From: the human T2T-CHM13v2.0 reference genome, Homo sapiens
Direction: 5' to 3' (one strand)
NCBI RefSeq assembly: GCF_009914755.1
Contig: NC_060942.1
DNA: 64,000 nucleotides
Shown here piece by piece: positions 26,803 through 41,600 of the stretch. The notes beneath the pieces were generated by a model that worked only from the letters and a program-made list of their open reading frames with translations, did no database searches and was not told the DNA's origin. Position numbers and translations under genes: made by a program. Positions within the stretch are counted from its first letter, which is position 1, and each line of letters starts with the position of its first letter.

Positions 26803-27392
26803 TTCTTCCAAGTTGCACCTTTTTACTGCATAGTCAAATGTTGTCCTTGAACATTCTTACAGTATAAACAAATACTCAAATATGTGATTTGTAATAAACT
26901 CTATTATACTCTTATTTTACGAAGAAAGTATTTCATCATCTAAAAATAACATTTACGTTTCTTTCAGAGAGTACTTAATCGGTCATTTTATTAAAAATGC
27001 CAATGTCAGTAATAATTGCCTATAACTTTTCTATTGTGAAGGTCTTGGTTGCCCAATTAACAATATCACCACCCCCACAATATGTCTATATATTTAAATA
27101 TCTATACCTATATCTCATAAGGTTTGAGACAGCCTCATCAGTATGATTATCATCCTGATAGTGATAGAACTCTGAGACATGACAAATAAACACAGTATTC
27201 TACAATCAGGTTTTCTATCTTACAGATGTCTGAAAAAATCAAGGTATCAAATAGCAATAGCAGTTTTTAGTTTCTAAATTATTTCTGACATAAAAACTAT
27301 AGAATAGTGAAATAGTAAGATTTATCTCAGAACACATTAACTTGAGAGGATTTATAGAATATTAAAATAGAAAAATAGCCAACAGGATTAAA
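26803..27392 (+). repeat. Putative donor copy of the ~600-bp duplication
   Basis: See 24054-24658; lies in non-L1 DNA about 160 bp beyond the L1 5' end. Confidence 0.95.
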
Positions 27393-28179
27393 TCCTGGGC
27401 TAAGATTGATGAAATATTCCAGCAAAACTTTATTGATCTACTCCTGTTAAGTAGGCAGCTTTGAATTTCTGCTGACAAGTGCTGGGGTAACCAATATCAA
27501 AATGACAACTGAAACTAAAAAACACATAAAACAGAACAGAAAAGTATTCAATATCTGCATGAATCTCTTAGTAAACGAATCTTCTATTGACCAAAAATTT
27601 GATTTCTTTTGCCTCTGGGTATAAAGCTGCATCTGGCAAATTGGCTATGAAAATAATTTTTTGGAGAACGAGAAGAAAAAAATGAATAATTTTAGTCATT
27701 CTGAAATCAGTTAAAAATTGAGACCATATGAACATTTATTCAGGTTAAACTTTTGCCTTGAAGAATCTTTATTTTAGTTTCTCCCCAAGCTAGATTACAA
27801 GGCAGAAAACAAAACGTAATTTGCAAACTTCATGCTTGACACTGAGGAATCACTCTTGATGAAAAAGGCCTGACTTGACACATGAAACCATCAGCAATGT
27901 ATAGAACCAGAGCTATCCCGTGTAGATAAAAAAAAATGCTGAATTTTTCCACTAGCCTTTCAGTCTCAGATGACTAAATTATGGATACATTTTCTAAAGT
28001 GTGTTCATCTTTTAAAGTCCTAAATAAAAGTTTCTTACTCTTGTAGAATTATATTGGAAAAGAAGAGTATACAGTAACCTCCATTAACCTCCAAAACCGT
28101 GGTGGGATTCTGGTCAGCTTCTAGCTATGTATGTTCAGCTCCTACCAGATGCCGGATTTATTTTATACACTACCTCTGG

Positions 28180-28350
28180 TCTTTAAAGTGACCTTTCAGG
28201 TAATAACACTGCCCCCATTTTACAGATGAAGATACTAAAGTACATAGAGTGGTTCAGTCCATTCGCCACGTTCACACAGTTAATAAATGAAAGAGCCGAG
28301 TTTTGAATTCAAGTCTTTCTGAATCCCAAATCCTGCCTTTTCAACTCTAT
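28180..28350 (-). mobile_element. MIR
   Basis: 'cccattttacagatgaagatactaa...cacacagttaataaatg'. Confidence 0.75.
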
Positions 28351-29511
28351 TTTCAAATATGTGCCCTTAGTGGACTGATTGACTCACTCATAATTTTGTG
28401 TCGGATTTTAGGTAGGATTTCATATGATCTGTACCTTGAAATTGCAAGATAAGGCACTAGAATGGATTCCAGGGGTTATTTGTCCTAAACCCTTCTTTTT
28501 ATAATGGAGGTAACTGAAGCCTAGGGACTAGCCAAGAACATACAGCAAGGTAATAACAAAGTTGGGGCTAGGACATTTATGTTTTAATTAATATTTAAGC
28601 TTTACTATTAGGCAAACCACAACATAAAATGAAAATTTTAATTTTCTGTTACAAAAGTGAATTATGAGATACATTAAAAAAACGAATTTTCAAGCATTCA
28701 TATTATCATCTGTTGTTGTTATTTATGCTAATATATGATTACAGGCTTTTTCATGAGTGCGTTCTGAGGTTGACTGCACTACAGAATACATAACAAAAAA
28801 ATAAGTGGAAACTTGGTTTAAAAACATACAAAATAAATTCCACACTGAGCTCTAAAAGTAGGCATTGAGCCCAATTTCTGGAATAAATCAAAGAGTAGGC
28901 AGAAAACAGACAGAAGGAACAGTTATTTTAGCAAGAAAAGTAGGAAAAATTTACCAAGCCAATCATGGGATGATGCATGCAGATAAAAGATGTAGAGAGA
29001 AAATGTGCAACACTGACACATGAACACATTTGAATGCAAGAAAGCAAAAAAACCAGAAAGCATAATTGTCCTAAATGTGAATAAACATTCAAATTATGCT
29101 GCAGCTGCAAAATTTAAACTCAAGGAAAAGACATTTGCAAAGGAATTTATTAAATAGATGTGATTTGCTGGTTTCACACAACCAGCGGCTCTTTCACAAA
29201 CTAAAATGTACAATTTATCTTGATATAAATGACATTTCCCCGGTTGTACTCAATCAAGTAGCAAAAAGTCTTTCGTGAGAGACCCTGTTTATTAAAGAGC
29301 ACAATACCCGGATATTGATACCCAGATGCTTGGGCTTTAACTATGTAGTGTTATTTCATCTAATAAAAGGTCTTATATATTGAGTATGGGCTTATATAAT
29401 AAGGTTTCTGTGTGAAGGAAAACCACCTTTCTCTATAGCACAAGCCAGAGTAGTTTTTTTGTAAGAAGTTAAGTTTCATGTTGAAACCAGTTCTTGGTTG
29501 CTAAACCTGTT

Positions 29512-29562
29512 CATCCATTCTTCCATCCATCCATCCATCCATCCATCCATCCATCCATCCAT
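29512..29562. repeat. (TCCA)n microsatellite at an L2 3' tail
   Basis: Tandem ccat units followed by 'caacagatatttat'. Confidence 0.9.
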
Positions 29563-29820
29563 CCTTTATCCATCCAACAGATATTTATGGGTTTCCAAAG
29601 TCTGTGACACAGTAAAGGATATAAAAATGCATCAAAAATCTTACTGTTGGGAATTTTATGATATTAAGATGGTAATTGACCAGAAGACTCAGAGCTTGTT
29701 ATTAAACTAACACACCTACCCACAGTGGTGATGTTGGCAAGGAAGACCTTTCATTGTGATCAGTCTTTGACTCAAACTGTAACGCAGAAATTGTAGTGCC
29801 AGCCTGGATCATTTAGTTTA

Positions 29821-29912
29821 CAGAGTGGTTCTCCAAGTTAAGGTCTCATGGAACAGATCAGCATCATCTGGGAACATGTTAGAAATGTGCATTCTTGGGC
29901 CTCACTCCAGAA
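29821..29912 (+). mobile_element. MER5A fragment (hAT-Charlie)
   Basis: 'agtggttctccaag...cagcatcatctgggaacatgttagaaatgtgcattcttgggcc'. Confidence 0.75.
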
Positions 29913-30122
29913 CAGGGGTGTCCAAGGGAGAGAATACAGTTATGTGTTCTTAGTTTCTGTTTCTGGTTGGGCACGGAAAAAGCCCCATCCTTGTCTCTCT
30001 TTTCCATTTATCACTAGAGACAGAAACTAAAAGCCATGGCTTCAGGCTGCTAAAAGCCTAAAAGGAAACAAAACAAAACAGAGCAACAACAACAACAAAA
30101 TAAAGCGGGCTAGATAAGCTTG
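29913..30122 (-). mobile_element. MER107 (hAT-Charlie) nested in MER5A
   Basis: 'caggggtgtccaagggagagaatacag...ccatggcttcaggctgctaaaagcc...aagcttg'; 8-bp TSD ctccagaa/ctctagac. Confidence 0.85.
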
Positions 30123-31375
30123 CTCTAGACCAATCTGTGTTTGAAAACCACAAAGCCTTAAAATCACTTGGAAGGCTTGAAAAAAATCACAGCCCTTACA
30201 TTTCTACACAATGGGCTAGGCCACTGGTAAGTGAGGTCAAAGAATAAAAATAGTAAGTCTAACAACTTAGAGTGGCATGCTTTAAGTGTCTGCTTAAGAA
30301 ATTTAGATAATGATGAATTGGTAAATCAGAGAACATTTTCTGAGCAAAAAGCAGACATGATCAGAATTGTGATTCTGGAAGACTTTGGAGCCAAAGGAGA
30401 CCAGGGAGCAGTAAACTAATGAGGGGCAATTACACTGTTCAGGTGAGAAGACACAGTAATTTTTCTTTGGTTATTCAGGAGGATGTCCAGCCTCAAATGA
30501 ACTGGGGCCCTTCACTCAGTTTGCATGTCGTGGATCCTCTTCATCCCTAGTTTGATTCTGTCTGCTCTTTTTGGTATTTCTGCCTAGCATCTGCTACGAC
30601 TTTCCTGGTTTCCCTGCACTACCATTCTCTGCTGCCCTTTCTCCTGTCCCCTCCACTTTAATTTCCTTCACGAGGAAATCTGCATGCAAATGCACATCAC
30701 TTTAAATGTTTGTTGTCTGTTTTATTTTTAATAGCTGCTCCTTAGAGAGTTTATCAATTATATTCTTCCTCTGAGCATATGATCTTCTAGGTCACAACAC
30801 AACCACAGGCTTTATCCAACTTTATTTTCAATCTGTTTAATGTCCTCATGTCAAAACAAAACAAAGAAGCCCTGATTCACCTTAATGTACTAAATCTGTT
30901 TTGCCAGCTGACCATTCATCTAACATTATGCCCAGATAATATATATATAATTTCAGTCTTGCATTTCACACAAACAGGGTTGTTTCCAAATAGGAAAGAC
31001 AAAAATTAAATTTTTGTGTATACACGGACACCTTCTTGTAAATGAAACAATATAAAGCGAGTAACAAATACAGCTATAATTAAATGTTGTTATATTAATT
31101 CTGACTATTCCAACATGTTGGTCATACTTTGGATCTCATATAATGTCTCAAATATACATGGGGACTCAGATGCATTTCTCACTTAGCTGACACTATGCCA
31201 TCTACTGAAGACGGACAATTTATTCATGAAGAAGTTAGTGTCGAAACAGAATTCACTCGGATTCCATGATATTTAGGTATAATTATTTAATGTCTTTAAA
31301 ACACAAAACTTTTTTTTTTCTTGGAGATACTTCATTTAGGAGAAAAATGCTGATTTAGAATAAAGTAAAAGGAGC

Positions 31376-32151
31376 TGCAACAGATGCGGCTGGCTCCCTG
31401 CATTATGTCCCGGGGTTCACTTTGGATGTCAACCACAGCTGCAGGGGAGTCTCCTTGCCTTTGCAGGGATCCCTAACCCCCAGGTCATAGACCAGTACTG
31501 GTTCCTGTTAGGAACTGGGCTGCACAGCAGGAAGTGAGCAGTGGGCCAGCGTGCATTACGGCCTGAGCTCTGCCTCTTGTGAGATCAGTGGCGGCATTAA
31601 ATTCTCATAGGAGCATGATCCCTGTTGTGAACTGTCCACGTGAGGAATCTAGGTATGTGCTCCTTATGAGAATCTCATTCCTGATGATTTGAGGTGGAAC
31701 AGTTTTATCCCGAAACCATCTCCCCACCTCCCCACCCTGTCCATGGAAAAATTGTCTTCCACGAAACCGGTCCCTGGACCACTGCCTTACAGTGTACACC
31801 TCAAGTGACAACTAAGTGTCTTTCTGCTTTCTACCCATGCATGGCTGGCACAGCCCAGCATTGTGAGGGAATTCATGCTCCTTGGGGAAATCCAAAACCA
31901 AGGAGAAAAAGTCAGTCAGTAAACCTCCTGCTGCACATCTTTCTAACAGAAATTTGGGCATCTGTACCCCTCCTGGGAGGAACCAAGTTCCCATTGCCTG
32001 CAGTGGTGGACTTGCTAACCCACCCATAATTTGGCCTGCGCTTCTTCCCTGATTCACTCTTCCTGCTTCCAACTCTTGATCTTTGGATCAGCTCCCTAAT
32101 AAATTGCCATACCCAAGTCACTGTCTCAAGCAAGTAACGCAGACAAAGACA
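31376..32151 (+). mobile_element. LTR16-like ERVL solo LTR interrupted by MER1B
   Basis: 3' end 'ctccctaataaattgccatacccaagtcactgtctca...aagaca'; internal 'cccattgcctgcagtggtg'. Confidence 0.65.
31464..31784 (+). mobile_element. MER1B (hAT-Charlie)
   Basis: 'cctgttaggaactgggctgcacagcagg...ccatggaaaaattgtcttccacgaaaccggtccctg'. Confidence 0.9.
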
Positions 32152-32192
32152 ATAGCTTATTATTCAGCAATATGAATCTCCTTCTGATCTGA

Positions 32193-32664
<472 letters not shown>

Positions 32665-33110
32665 TTTCATTGCCTTTCTTAGCACACTTACATCATGTTG
32701 AACATGTCTGTGTGGATAAATGCGAATTTGTTCAATATGCTAAGAAAAGCTAACACTATGCCATTTACTTCCATAATTTCATACCTAACCTACCTTATGT
32801 ACAATATTTGGGTCCACAGATTTATAAAAATGGCATGTGCCCAATATGCCGTTCCAGATTAACAACAACAATGAAGATTAAATATATAAAATACATCTGC
32901 CCTAGATTCTGTACAGGTAGCTAGGAAGTTAAAAAACACAGGCTTTAAATTCAACAGACTGTTAATGTGTCTGGAAAGTGTATGCCAGGAATATTTTTGT
33001 TCAAATATACCATGCTATTAAAAAATGTTTCATATAGGATAGCTGAAGAGGAAGCTGTTATTTAAGAAACTGCTTCCTATACAAGTAAGGGGGAAAGGGG
33101 GCAGTTTTAC

Positions 33111-33258
33111 CTTTGATTATCAATTGTCCATTTTCCTTGCTTCCGAGTCAGGAAAAGATCCAAATTGCAGGCTTTTTTTTAACCTGATGTCACTCTGGGT
33201 ATCTGATGTTCAACTGCTCTGAAACATAACAATGCAATAATTAGATGTAATAACTAGC
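33111..33258 (-). ncRNA. Candidate non-coding exon
   Basis: Minus-strand acceptor 'gtctttttgtttcag|g' and donor 'aaag|gtaaaa'; stops in all three frames. Confidence 0.3.
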
Positions 33259-33768
33259 CTGAAACAAAAAGACACTTAAAAATGATCTCATAAGAACTAT
33301 TCTGACAGACATTATATTCAATGCTGTTAAGAAGAGAGTTTCATAGAAAATCTACATGGCCGTGTTCTTGCATGATGTCACACTTTGTATTTTTATGCTT
33401 TTCAGAAAATAAAATCAATCACCCAGAAAAAAAACAATGTTGCTGTAATAAATAGGCTTGATATTCTACAATATACATTTCCTATCATTTATTTTCTTTA
33501 AAAAGCAATAAAATGCAAGCATCAATGATCCAATTCTGTAAGACATAATATACATATGCGATTGTATTCACTTCCTGAGCGTTATTTGTTTTCTCAACAG
33601 TACAACTAAGCCAGTGTGACTTTAAAAAGGGCTAAAATGTATCATTTTTTTCCAGAGTGGTTCTTTTCATTCTGGAAAAAAGCCACAGGAGGATGCCATT
33701 CATGGCATAATATTCCCAAGTGTGCTACTAGAGACTTGCTGGTGCCTAAGTCAAGCCACTATCCTTAA

Positions 33769-33927
33769 TTAGGACAAATACCTAATGCATGCGGGTCTTA
33801 AAACCTAGATGATGGGTTGATGGGTGCAGCAAACCACCATGGCACATGTATACCTATGTAACAAACCTGCAAGTTCTGTACATGTATCCCAGAACTTAAA
33901 GTAAAATAATAATAATATTAAAAAAAT
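33769..33927 (+). mobile_element. L1PA (PA7/8-like) extreme 3' end
   Basis: 'ttaggacaaatacctaatgcatgc...catgtatcccagaacttaaagtaaaata' plus A-rich tail. Confidence 0.9.
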
Positions 33928-35104
33928 AGTTTCTTAGGAAAGTGACAAAATGGAACATATAACTGGACCCACACTTATGAAGGAGGTAACTATTCCAGAT
34001 CATATCACATGCTATATGGCTGAGCTATGAGTTTCCTTTCTGAAAAGTGACATAGAAAAGGACCTGGGTCACACAGAAAACTGATCTGATGTCGAAAAGT
34101 GTAAATACCTGTAAAGGTCTGTTTCTATTTTTTTGTAAGCAATGTATTCTTTTGGATCTAGGTAGCATATTAAAATATTGTCAGAAGGGAATGAGAAAAA
34201 TAATAAATCTAAGTAATAAGCAGAAATGTAGTGATATTCAGAATTGAGAATATAATTTGTATTTTTTTAACCTCCTAATTATAAGAATTATAGTGCTTAA
34301 ATGAGTGTGGAATTCATTTTACAGAAGAGGAAGTAGATGTCAGAGGAGGTGATATGGCTCGATCAATTTTATGCAGTGAATAGGCACAGAGGCAGAGGCA
34401 GAATTACGTCCCAGATGCTCTGTCTGGAAGTTCAGTCTCTTTAGAAACTCACATCTTGTTTCCAAAAAGAACACTGGACTTTCAAAAAGTTCAGGGCTAG
34501 TACAATTCTCTGCAGAATTTGTTAGAGCAATATTTTGAGACTGGCAAAGCTGACAGGTATGAAAGTGTTGTGGGTGGTAAAAGGCAAGAACAACAGAAAC
34601 ACAACAGCCTCAGGCATGATAATAATACACAGGAGGAACACTTGACTTTCACACATACCTCTTTATCCATGCCATAGAAGACAAAAATGAGACGCCATCA
34701 TCAAAAGCTTTTAGTCATACTTTAAAGATTATGAGCCCTGATTTATATACTAGTATCCTGCTAAGTATTTTCAATATTCCATTAAACCAGACAAGCTCTG
34801 AGTGGACTTTCTTCCCCACATATATGAGGACTAAGTAACTCAGGAGATAATGAAAAATTGTTAATTTCTAAAAATATATAGAACTGATCATTTATCCGTT
34901 CATGACTATTTATTGAGAATTTATTGTCTGCTAGATAGTACTCTTAATTTTCTTTGGAAACAAAGTGGAAAGATTATGTAATTTCTGAAAAAGACACCCA
35001 AAACACAAGAAGAAATTCATTTTATTATAATTGGTTTTATAAGTTAGATAATTGTTAGGTAAACAAATATATTAATCACTAGGAGAGGTCTTAAATGTCA
35101 TCTA

Positions 35105-35285
35105 GTGTAATGGTTGCCAAATGCAGTTGATCATCAGAGTCATCTGGAAATTTGCATTAAAATACAATTATAGAATTTCATGCAAGATCGTTTAAATCAG
35201 AATATTCATGGGTAAGGCAGGGGAATCTGCATTTTGAAAATGATCCCAGCTAATTCTCCTGATGAAGCAGGTTGGGAAACCTACC
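35105..35285 (+). mobile_element. MER5-family hAT MITE
   Basis: 'catcagagtcatctgg...aaatcagaat...gggaatctgcatttt...ggttgggaaacc'. Confidence 0.65.
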
Positions 35286-35876
35286 AATTCTGTCTGATTT
35301 ACTCATTATATAGAGAAGGGCATTGAAACCAGAGAATTGACTTGCCCAGGGCATTTGCTTCTTGGTGACAGCACTGAGATTAAAATGCAGAACTCCTGAT
35401 TCTCCATTTTCTTTTCTTTTCCTTACCCCAAGTGTCCCTCTTTTTAACTTTTTTCTTCCTGTTCTTTTTTTTAACCACCACATAATCAAGATTTAGCATC
35501 TATATCTGAGAAAGAACAAGAGTAAAAGAACAAGTACACTATAATTATTTGAGTATCAGAAGATTCAGGTACGTTTTCTCATTAGCAACAATTTACACAG
35601 ATGAAAGGTGAAAAACAGGAATTTGGACTTCAGCTGTTTGATTCAATCATGTGCTTCCTACTCTTCCACTGTCTTTTTCTAGAATCAGCTACTTGGGAGT
35701 TGCCTGCTGAGTCCCTTTCTTTGGGGTCTGCCCAGCACTCTCCATCCTGCAGTTGTCAAAGGGGTCCTCGTTCCTGGACATCCCTGATTGGACCAGGAGA
35801 GGTGTTTTTCCCAAACCAGGCCCATAACTGGGACTGTGAGACTATAGCTTTGTCCAGGTTAAAGAGTGATGGGTAA

Positions 35877-36262
<386 letters not shown>

Positions 36263-36727
36263 TTTTTTTTTAAATAAAAAAAATTAAATTACTAATTTTT
36301 AAATTAATTTTTTTGGCTTAAGCTAACTCAAGTTAGTTTGTTTCTGTAACTCTGCAGCCAGAGTCAAGATGAATACACCTCATATCATTCATTTTATGTG
36401 TGTTACTCTATAAGCCAGTCACTTTAGTTACGGTATTCCAAGAGGCTTATTTAAAAACTATTGGCTGAGAGTGCGGAGAAGGAAGAATACACACTACAAA
36501 GGTATTGCATTTTATGGAACACCTATATTTTCATCAAATACATGTTTTGAAGTGTGATAAAGTGGAGAAGGTCCCGATCAGGAAGTCCTCTTTTCATCTC
36601 AGATCTGACTCTTACAAAGTTTCTGACTTGTGAAAGTTACCTAGCCTCTCTCAGTTTTAATGTCCTTATTTGTAAAATACCTCCTGGCTAACTTTAGCCA
36701 GGTTAGTATGAGGAACAAGGGAAAGCA

Positions 36728-38210
36728 CTCATTCATTCTCTCATTCATTCATTCGCCCCACCGTTCTGCAAAGATTTAGCGAGCATCTATCATATGCCAA
36801 GCACTATCTAGGGGATGAGAATACATTAGTGAACATTTCATTTTAGTGAAGACAAATAAACAGAAAGTAAATAATAAATGTAAAACAGTAAATTATAGAG
36901 CAGTTCAGAAGGTGAAACATGCTATAGATGTGAGAAAAACAGACCAAGGTAAGAGGTATCAGAAGTGCATAGGTAGGGAGGTGTAGGGAGGAGAAGGGAT
37001 TCCACCAAGAAAGTGAGATTTGATCAAAAACTTGAGAGATGTGAGGGAGTGAGTCCCATGCCAGAGAAGGGTGTTCCAGGCAGAGGGACTGCAGGGTTAT
37101 AGTGCTAAGGTGGGAGTGTTCCTGGTTGGTCTTGGGATTGCAATAAAGTCATGGGATGGAGTGAAGTGAGGGAGGAGATTAGTAAGTATGTGCACAATTT
37201 ACTTCTACAAATCTGCTGCCCATTGTGAACCATGTGGGAACTGATGAAAATAAGTCGCAACAATTTGCTTTATTTGGGCACTCTACGGTTCACACCATGC
37301 TTATATGTGGATTTGCCCACCCTGCTACTTGGAACACATTTTCCTCCCTGGGTCTTTTAAGGCACTGTGAGGAATAGTAGTAGGTACAGATAATACAAGG
37401 TAGTTCAACTAGGATTGCTAACCTCATAGACTTTTCTCCCACAGTTGCTGTTTAGTATATTTTCTGAATGTAAAGATGTGTATATTTTTCCTTCCAAAGT
37501 AGTGAATAAGGAATTCATTAAGAGCAAACTACACTACTGAAAAGTGGGTATATGTATATTAAAAGATATATGTCCAGCAATTCAGTACTTAGACAAGCTT
37601 ATGAGCAAAGATGAGCTGTTATGAATTTGTAACATTAAACATGGTGGGGTGGTGGGGTGCTGTGGGGAAGTGGAAGAAGGAGTGGATCAAGGATGGCTCA
37701 TGGCTTTTCAGCTTTTACTCTGAGAGTGAAAAGGGGGCCATGGCAGGAGTTTGAGCTTACAGTCGACATGGCTTATGTTTCAAAACCTCATCCTGGCTGC
37801 TGGTTTGGAACAGTACATAGGAGAGGTCAGGATGCAGGTAGCTGGAAAGCTTGTGAACCACCTGGAGACAGGCAACATTTGCTCCGACTCGGGTGGGGCT
37901 GAGGAGCAGTCAGATCCATGCTGAACTTGTTCTGAAGCAAGAGTTGACAGGACCTTTTGATGGATTGGGTGATTAGGGTGAGAAAATAAAGAGACAACAA
38001 TGACCCCAAGATTTCTGGCCTAAGCAACTGGAAGAGTGACCTCGACGTCGCTGGAGATGAGAAAGGCTGAGTCTAGAGCAGGCTTTTTAGGGAAAGCTGA
38101 TACGTTCAGTCTGGCCATATTGATTGAATTATCAGTGCCAACTGGACTTGCCACATAGGTGGCTGGATATACAACACCGGAATGTGGGAGAGAAGTCTGG
38201 GCTGGAGTTT
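36728..38210 (-). mobile_element. L2 (two pieces, ~36730-37180 and ~37690-38210)
   Basis: 'cattcattc...gagcatctatcatatgccaagcact', 'gatgacccc-like...tttctggcctaagcaactggaag'. Confidence 0.75.
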
Positions 38211-39443
38211 GTGTTAGAAGCTTTCTGGTATAGCATAGGTGATTGGTAGTATTCCTATTTCCACCACCACAGATGATTATATAAGGATTAAATAAAATAA
38301 TATATGTAATGCACAGTACCTGGTATGTAACAGGAATGCAACATATTTTAATTCCCTTCTGTTTCCTGCCGTTATTTAAAAATGTATCTTTTTCTACTGA
38401 CTATATTATAAGATTATGTTATCTTTCTGTGAAAAACCAATCAATTTCTGCAAGACACCATATCATACTTTACATTTTGGCAGTCCTTTTTAAAACAAAG
38501 GGAAATAATCTCCTGATAAAATGTTGATAATCATACTCAGTAAGTCATAAAAGAGAATTTCCAGGAAGCAAGGTAAATTTTTGTTTGGATAGGAGATGAA
38601 AGGTCTAAAGAGAAAGTGAAAACTGAACAGATATGAATCTATAGACCTAAAAAAACCCTAAACTTATCTCAGATCTCCCTGGATTATTTTGGACACAGAT
38701 CTTGCTTTTTTTACTTTATCTTCTAGCACTTAAGAATTTTTTTTTGAGCAATGATTAATAGTCCTATAAGATGAAGAAGATGCAGAAATATGAGAAAGAT
38801 GATCATGGCCATAGGGCCGAGTGCACAGCTGAGGAGGAACATTTCTGAAAGGCATGGATGGCTGAGAAACTCTGGAAGCTCTAGGGTGAAATCTTTAAAG
38901 TCTACAGTTGTATCTTTAAAATGAGTTTCTTGATTTATAAATGCCTCTTTCACAGAACAAATTTTAAACTAGAAACCATCTATGTTTAAATCCTGTTTTA
39001 GACGTGAAGTTTATGAAAACTAGACGGGGACATGTCTTGTCTGAGATCATGGACCACCAAGATCAGAGGTGGGACCGGGCCGTCAGCTCACTTAACTCTG
39101 GGTGCTTGTCTTTGCACTCAAATAGTTTCCTTAAGTTGTTTTACCCAACTCCCTGTTTTATGTAACAAGCATCATTTGTTTTAAATCTCACATTTTATCT
39201 TAAATTTTACCTTATAGTCCATAAACTATTATGTAGGTTTGAAAACAATGGTAAACTATCTATGTGCTTCACTCCAGCGGATCGTAGAAATAAATTCCAG
39301 AATGAGGTCTGCATTTATTCTGTGACTTTCCACGTGTCTGAGACAGCATTAGTTCACATAATAAAAGAAGGAAGACTAGTCAGTTTCCACTTTCTTTGCA
39401 AATCACTTTGCTAATTGGTTCCTCATTTGTGTATAAGAGATTT

Positions 39444-40395
39444 CAAGGCAGGCTGGATTCATGGGTGTGTGACTCATGCAGCTTCAGAGGGAAGACCCCA
39501 TGCTCAGAAAAGCCCTGTGCTTTGTTCAGTGATTTTAGTAGTTGAACCAGTGTTTTGTGGGCAAAGTCCAATAGGACAGTGAGCATCAAGGGAGCAGGGG
39601 CTGTCTGCACACTGTGCACATGCTCAGCCATTCTGCGCTGCCTCATTCATACGTGATGTTCATAATGGTGAATTCTGGGGGATGCACAATTCATGGGAGT
39701 CTGGTGAGTTTCAACATGAGAGCACGAGTAAGTGTGCTATGTCTGTGAGTAAGTGGGGAAGCTGGCAGCCCCAAGACGCCATGCTCGCCACTGGAACCAG
39801 AACTTCCTTCAACCTTAGCAAGAAGGCAAAGGGTTTTAAGAAACACAGATGACCACGGGAGCCTATTGCATCCTTTCTTCCTTGAATAATTCCCTGTATC
39901 AGCCAACTGTTTATGCTGAAAATGAAGACATACAAAGAGAGAGAAAGAAAGAGCAAACCACAGGTCTTTTTCTTGCAATCCTTCCTTACTCATGAGTAAG
40001 TCAAAGGGAGAGAGTGTATCCAGAAATGAAATATAAAGTTATTTAAATCTTGTATATCATTTCCACTGTTTGGGTAAGGATGACATACATATGTACGATC
40101 TATGAAATACCTAATTTTTGCTGATTGTGCATGCAAAGCAACTATTCTTATAGTTGCATTGCACAATACAAAGTGAATGGTAAAATTTGTGCTGTTTATA
40201 TTTTTGTTTTTTATTTACTTGGAATAACATGAAATATCAAATAAAAACTAGTAGAAAAAGTCAAGAGGGGAATGGCAGAAGGAAGGACAGTTTTATACAT
40301 TATCACCTTTAATGGCCCTTTGTTCCTGCTTTCCGAATAAGGGACCTGCATTTTCACTTTGCCCTGGGCCCTGCAAATTATGTAGCCATTAACAT
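39444..40395 (+). mobile_element. MER45B/C (hAT-Tip100)
   Basis: 5' 'ggattcatgggtgtgtgac...ctcagaaaagccctg' and 3' 'gcattttcactttgccctgggccctgcaaattatgtagcc'. Confidence 0.8.
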
Positions 40396-40794
40396 TCACC
40401 CTGATGTTATGAACTGGCACACAACTAGCATTATTAACTTACAGCTTAAGTATCATATAGAGAACTTTGGAAATAGAACACCTTCTTTTGAAAATCCTAG
40501 TACAACTGCAAACTGAATTAATCTGCTCTCTGTTCTCCTCAACGTCTTCTCTCATTTTCCGACTGACTTCTTGGACACTTGACCAAAGTTCCTAATTCAA
40601 ATTAATCCTTCTCAGAAGTCCCCCAGCTCTTAATTTAATTTGATTTCTAATTTAATTCAATTTTAATATTCCATTTGAAATGCCACTGCCCTCAAGGTCA
40701 AATACTCAGCTGGGGAAGAGAGAAAAGTCAGTGATAAAAGAAATTTAGTCTAAGGTGTGAATGATGAAAATAATTGATACTTTAGAGGGATATT

Positions 40795-40890
40795 AAGGTA
40801 AGCATATGTCCAAACTCATCAGATTGCATATATTGAGTATGTACAGCTTTTTGCAATCAGTCATACCTCAATAAAGCTGTTTTAAAAAAA
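40795..40890 (+). mobile_element. Old L1M 3' terminal fragment
   Basis: 'tatgtccaaactcatcagattg...tacctcaataaagctgttttaaaaaaa'. Confidence 0.7.
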
Positions 40891-41069
40891 GAACCACTTG
40901 TTAGGCCTAAATGACCTTAATTAGTAAGAAACAATATTTTAAAGGAAGAAAACTTCATATTACTTTCTGCTAAGAAGGCCCTTCTACCCTAATCCATTTG
41001 AAAGAATGAGCAGTTGCCTATTTCTGAACAATTGCACATTATTTCTTTAAAGATGACATAATGTGCACA

Positions 41070-41600
41070 TAGTACCTTGCTGCCCAGCTGGTTTCCTGTC
41101 TTCAACTCTCCTCTCCCATCCATTCTCCAAGTAGCTGCCAGAGAGTCCTTCTAAAATACTATACAGTGTGAAACTGATCGGCTTAAACTCAATTGCTTGC
41201 AGGGTCTGATACAATCTCCTTGGTTAGGAAGTCAGTGCCCTTCATGATCTGGCCCTGAAACTCTGCTTTCCTTCTCCAATACTGTAAACTCCAACAGAAC
41301 CAAACTGCTTTCTTGAACTCAACCTCTGGCTTTTGAATCATTGTCCATGGACCAAGCCTTTGAATCTTTGCTGGTCTCTTCTTTGCCCGGCAAACTCCTA
41401 CTCATCCTTCATGACCCCACCAAAAATTAAGCTTCTTCTCTGTAGCCCTTTCTTCACTCTTTTCCTATTTATCTGTTTTTCTCAGTAAAATGAAAGCTCC
41501 CCACGGAATGAACCTGTGTTGTTCATCTGATATCTTTGGCACCTAAACTCAAGTTTGGTACATTGTAGGTACTATACAAATGTGGGTTGAATGTAAAAAA
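41070..41600 (+). mobile_element. L2 3' fragment
   Basis: 'tccattctcca...gccagag...ccttcatgatctggccc...aaatgtgggttgaat'. Confidence 0.7.
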
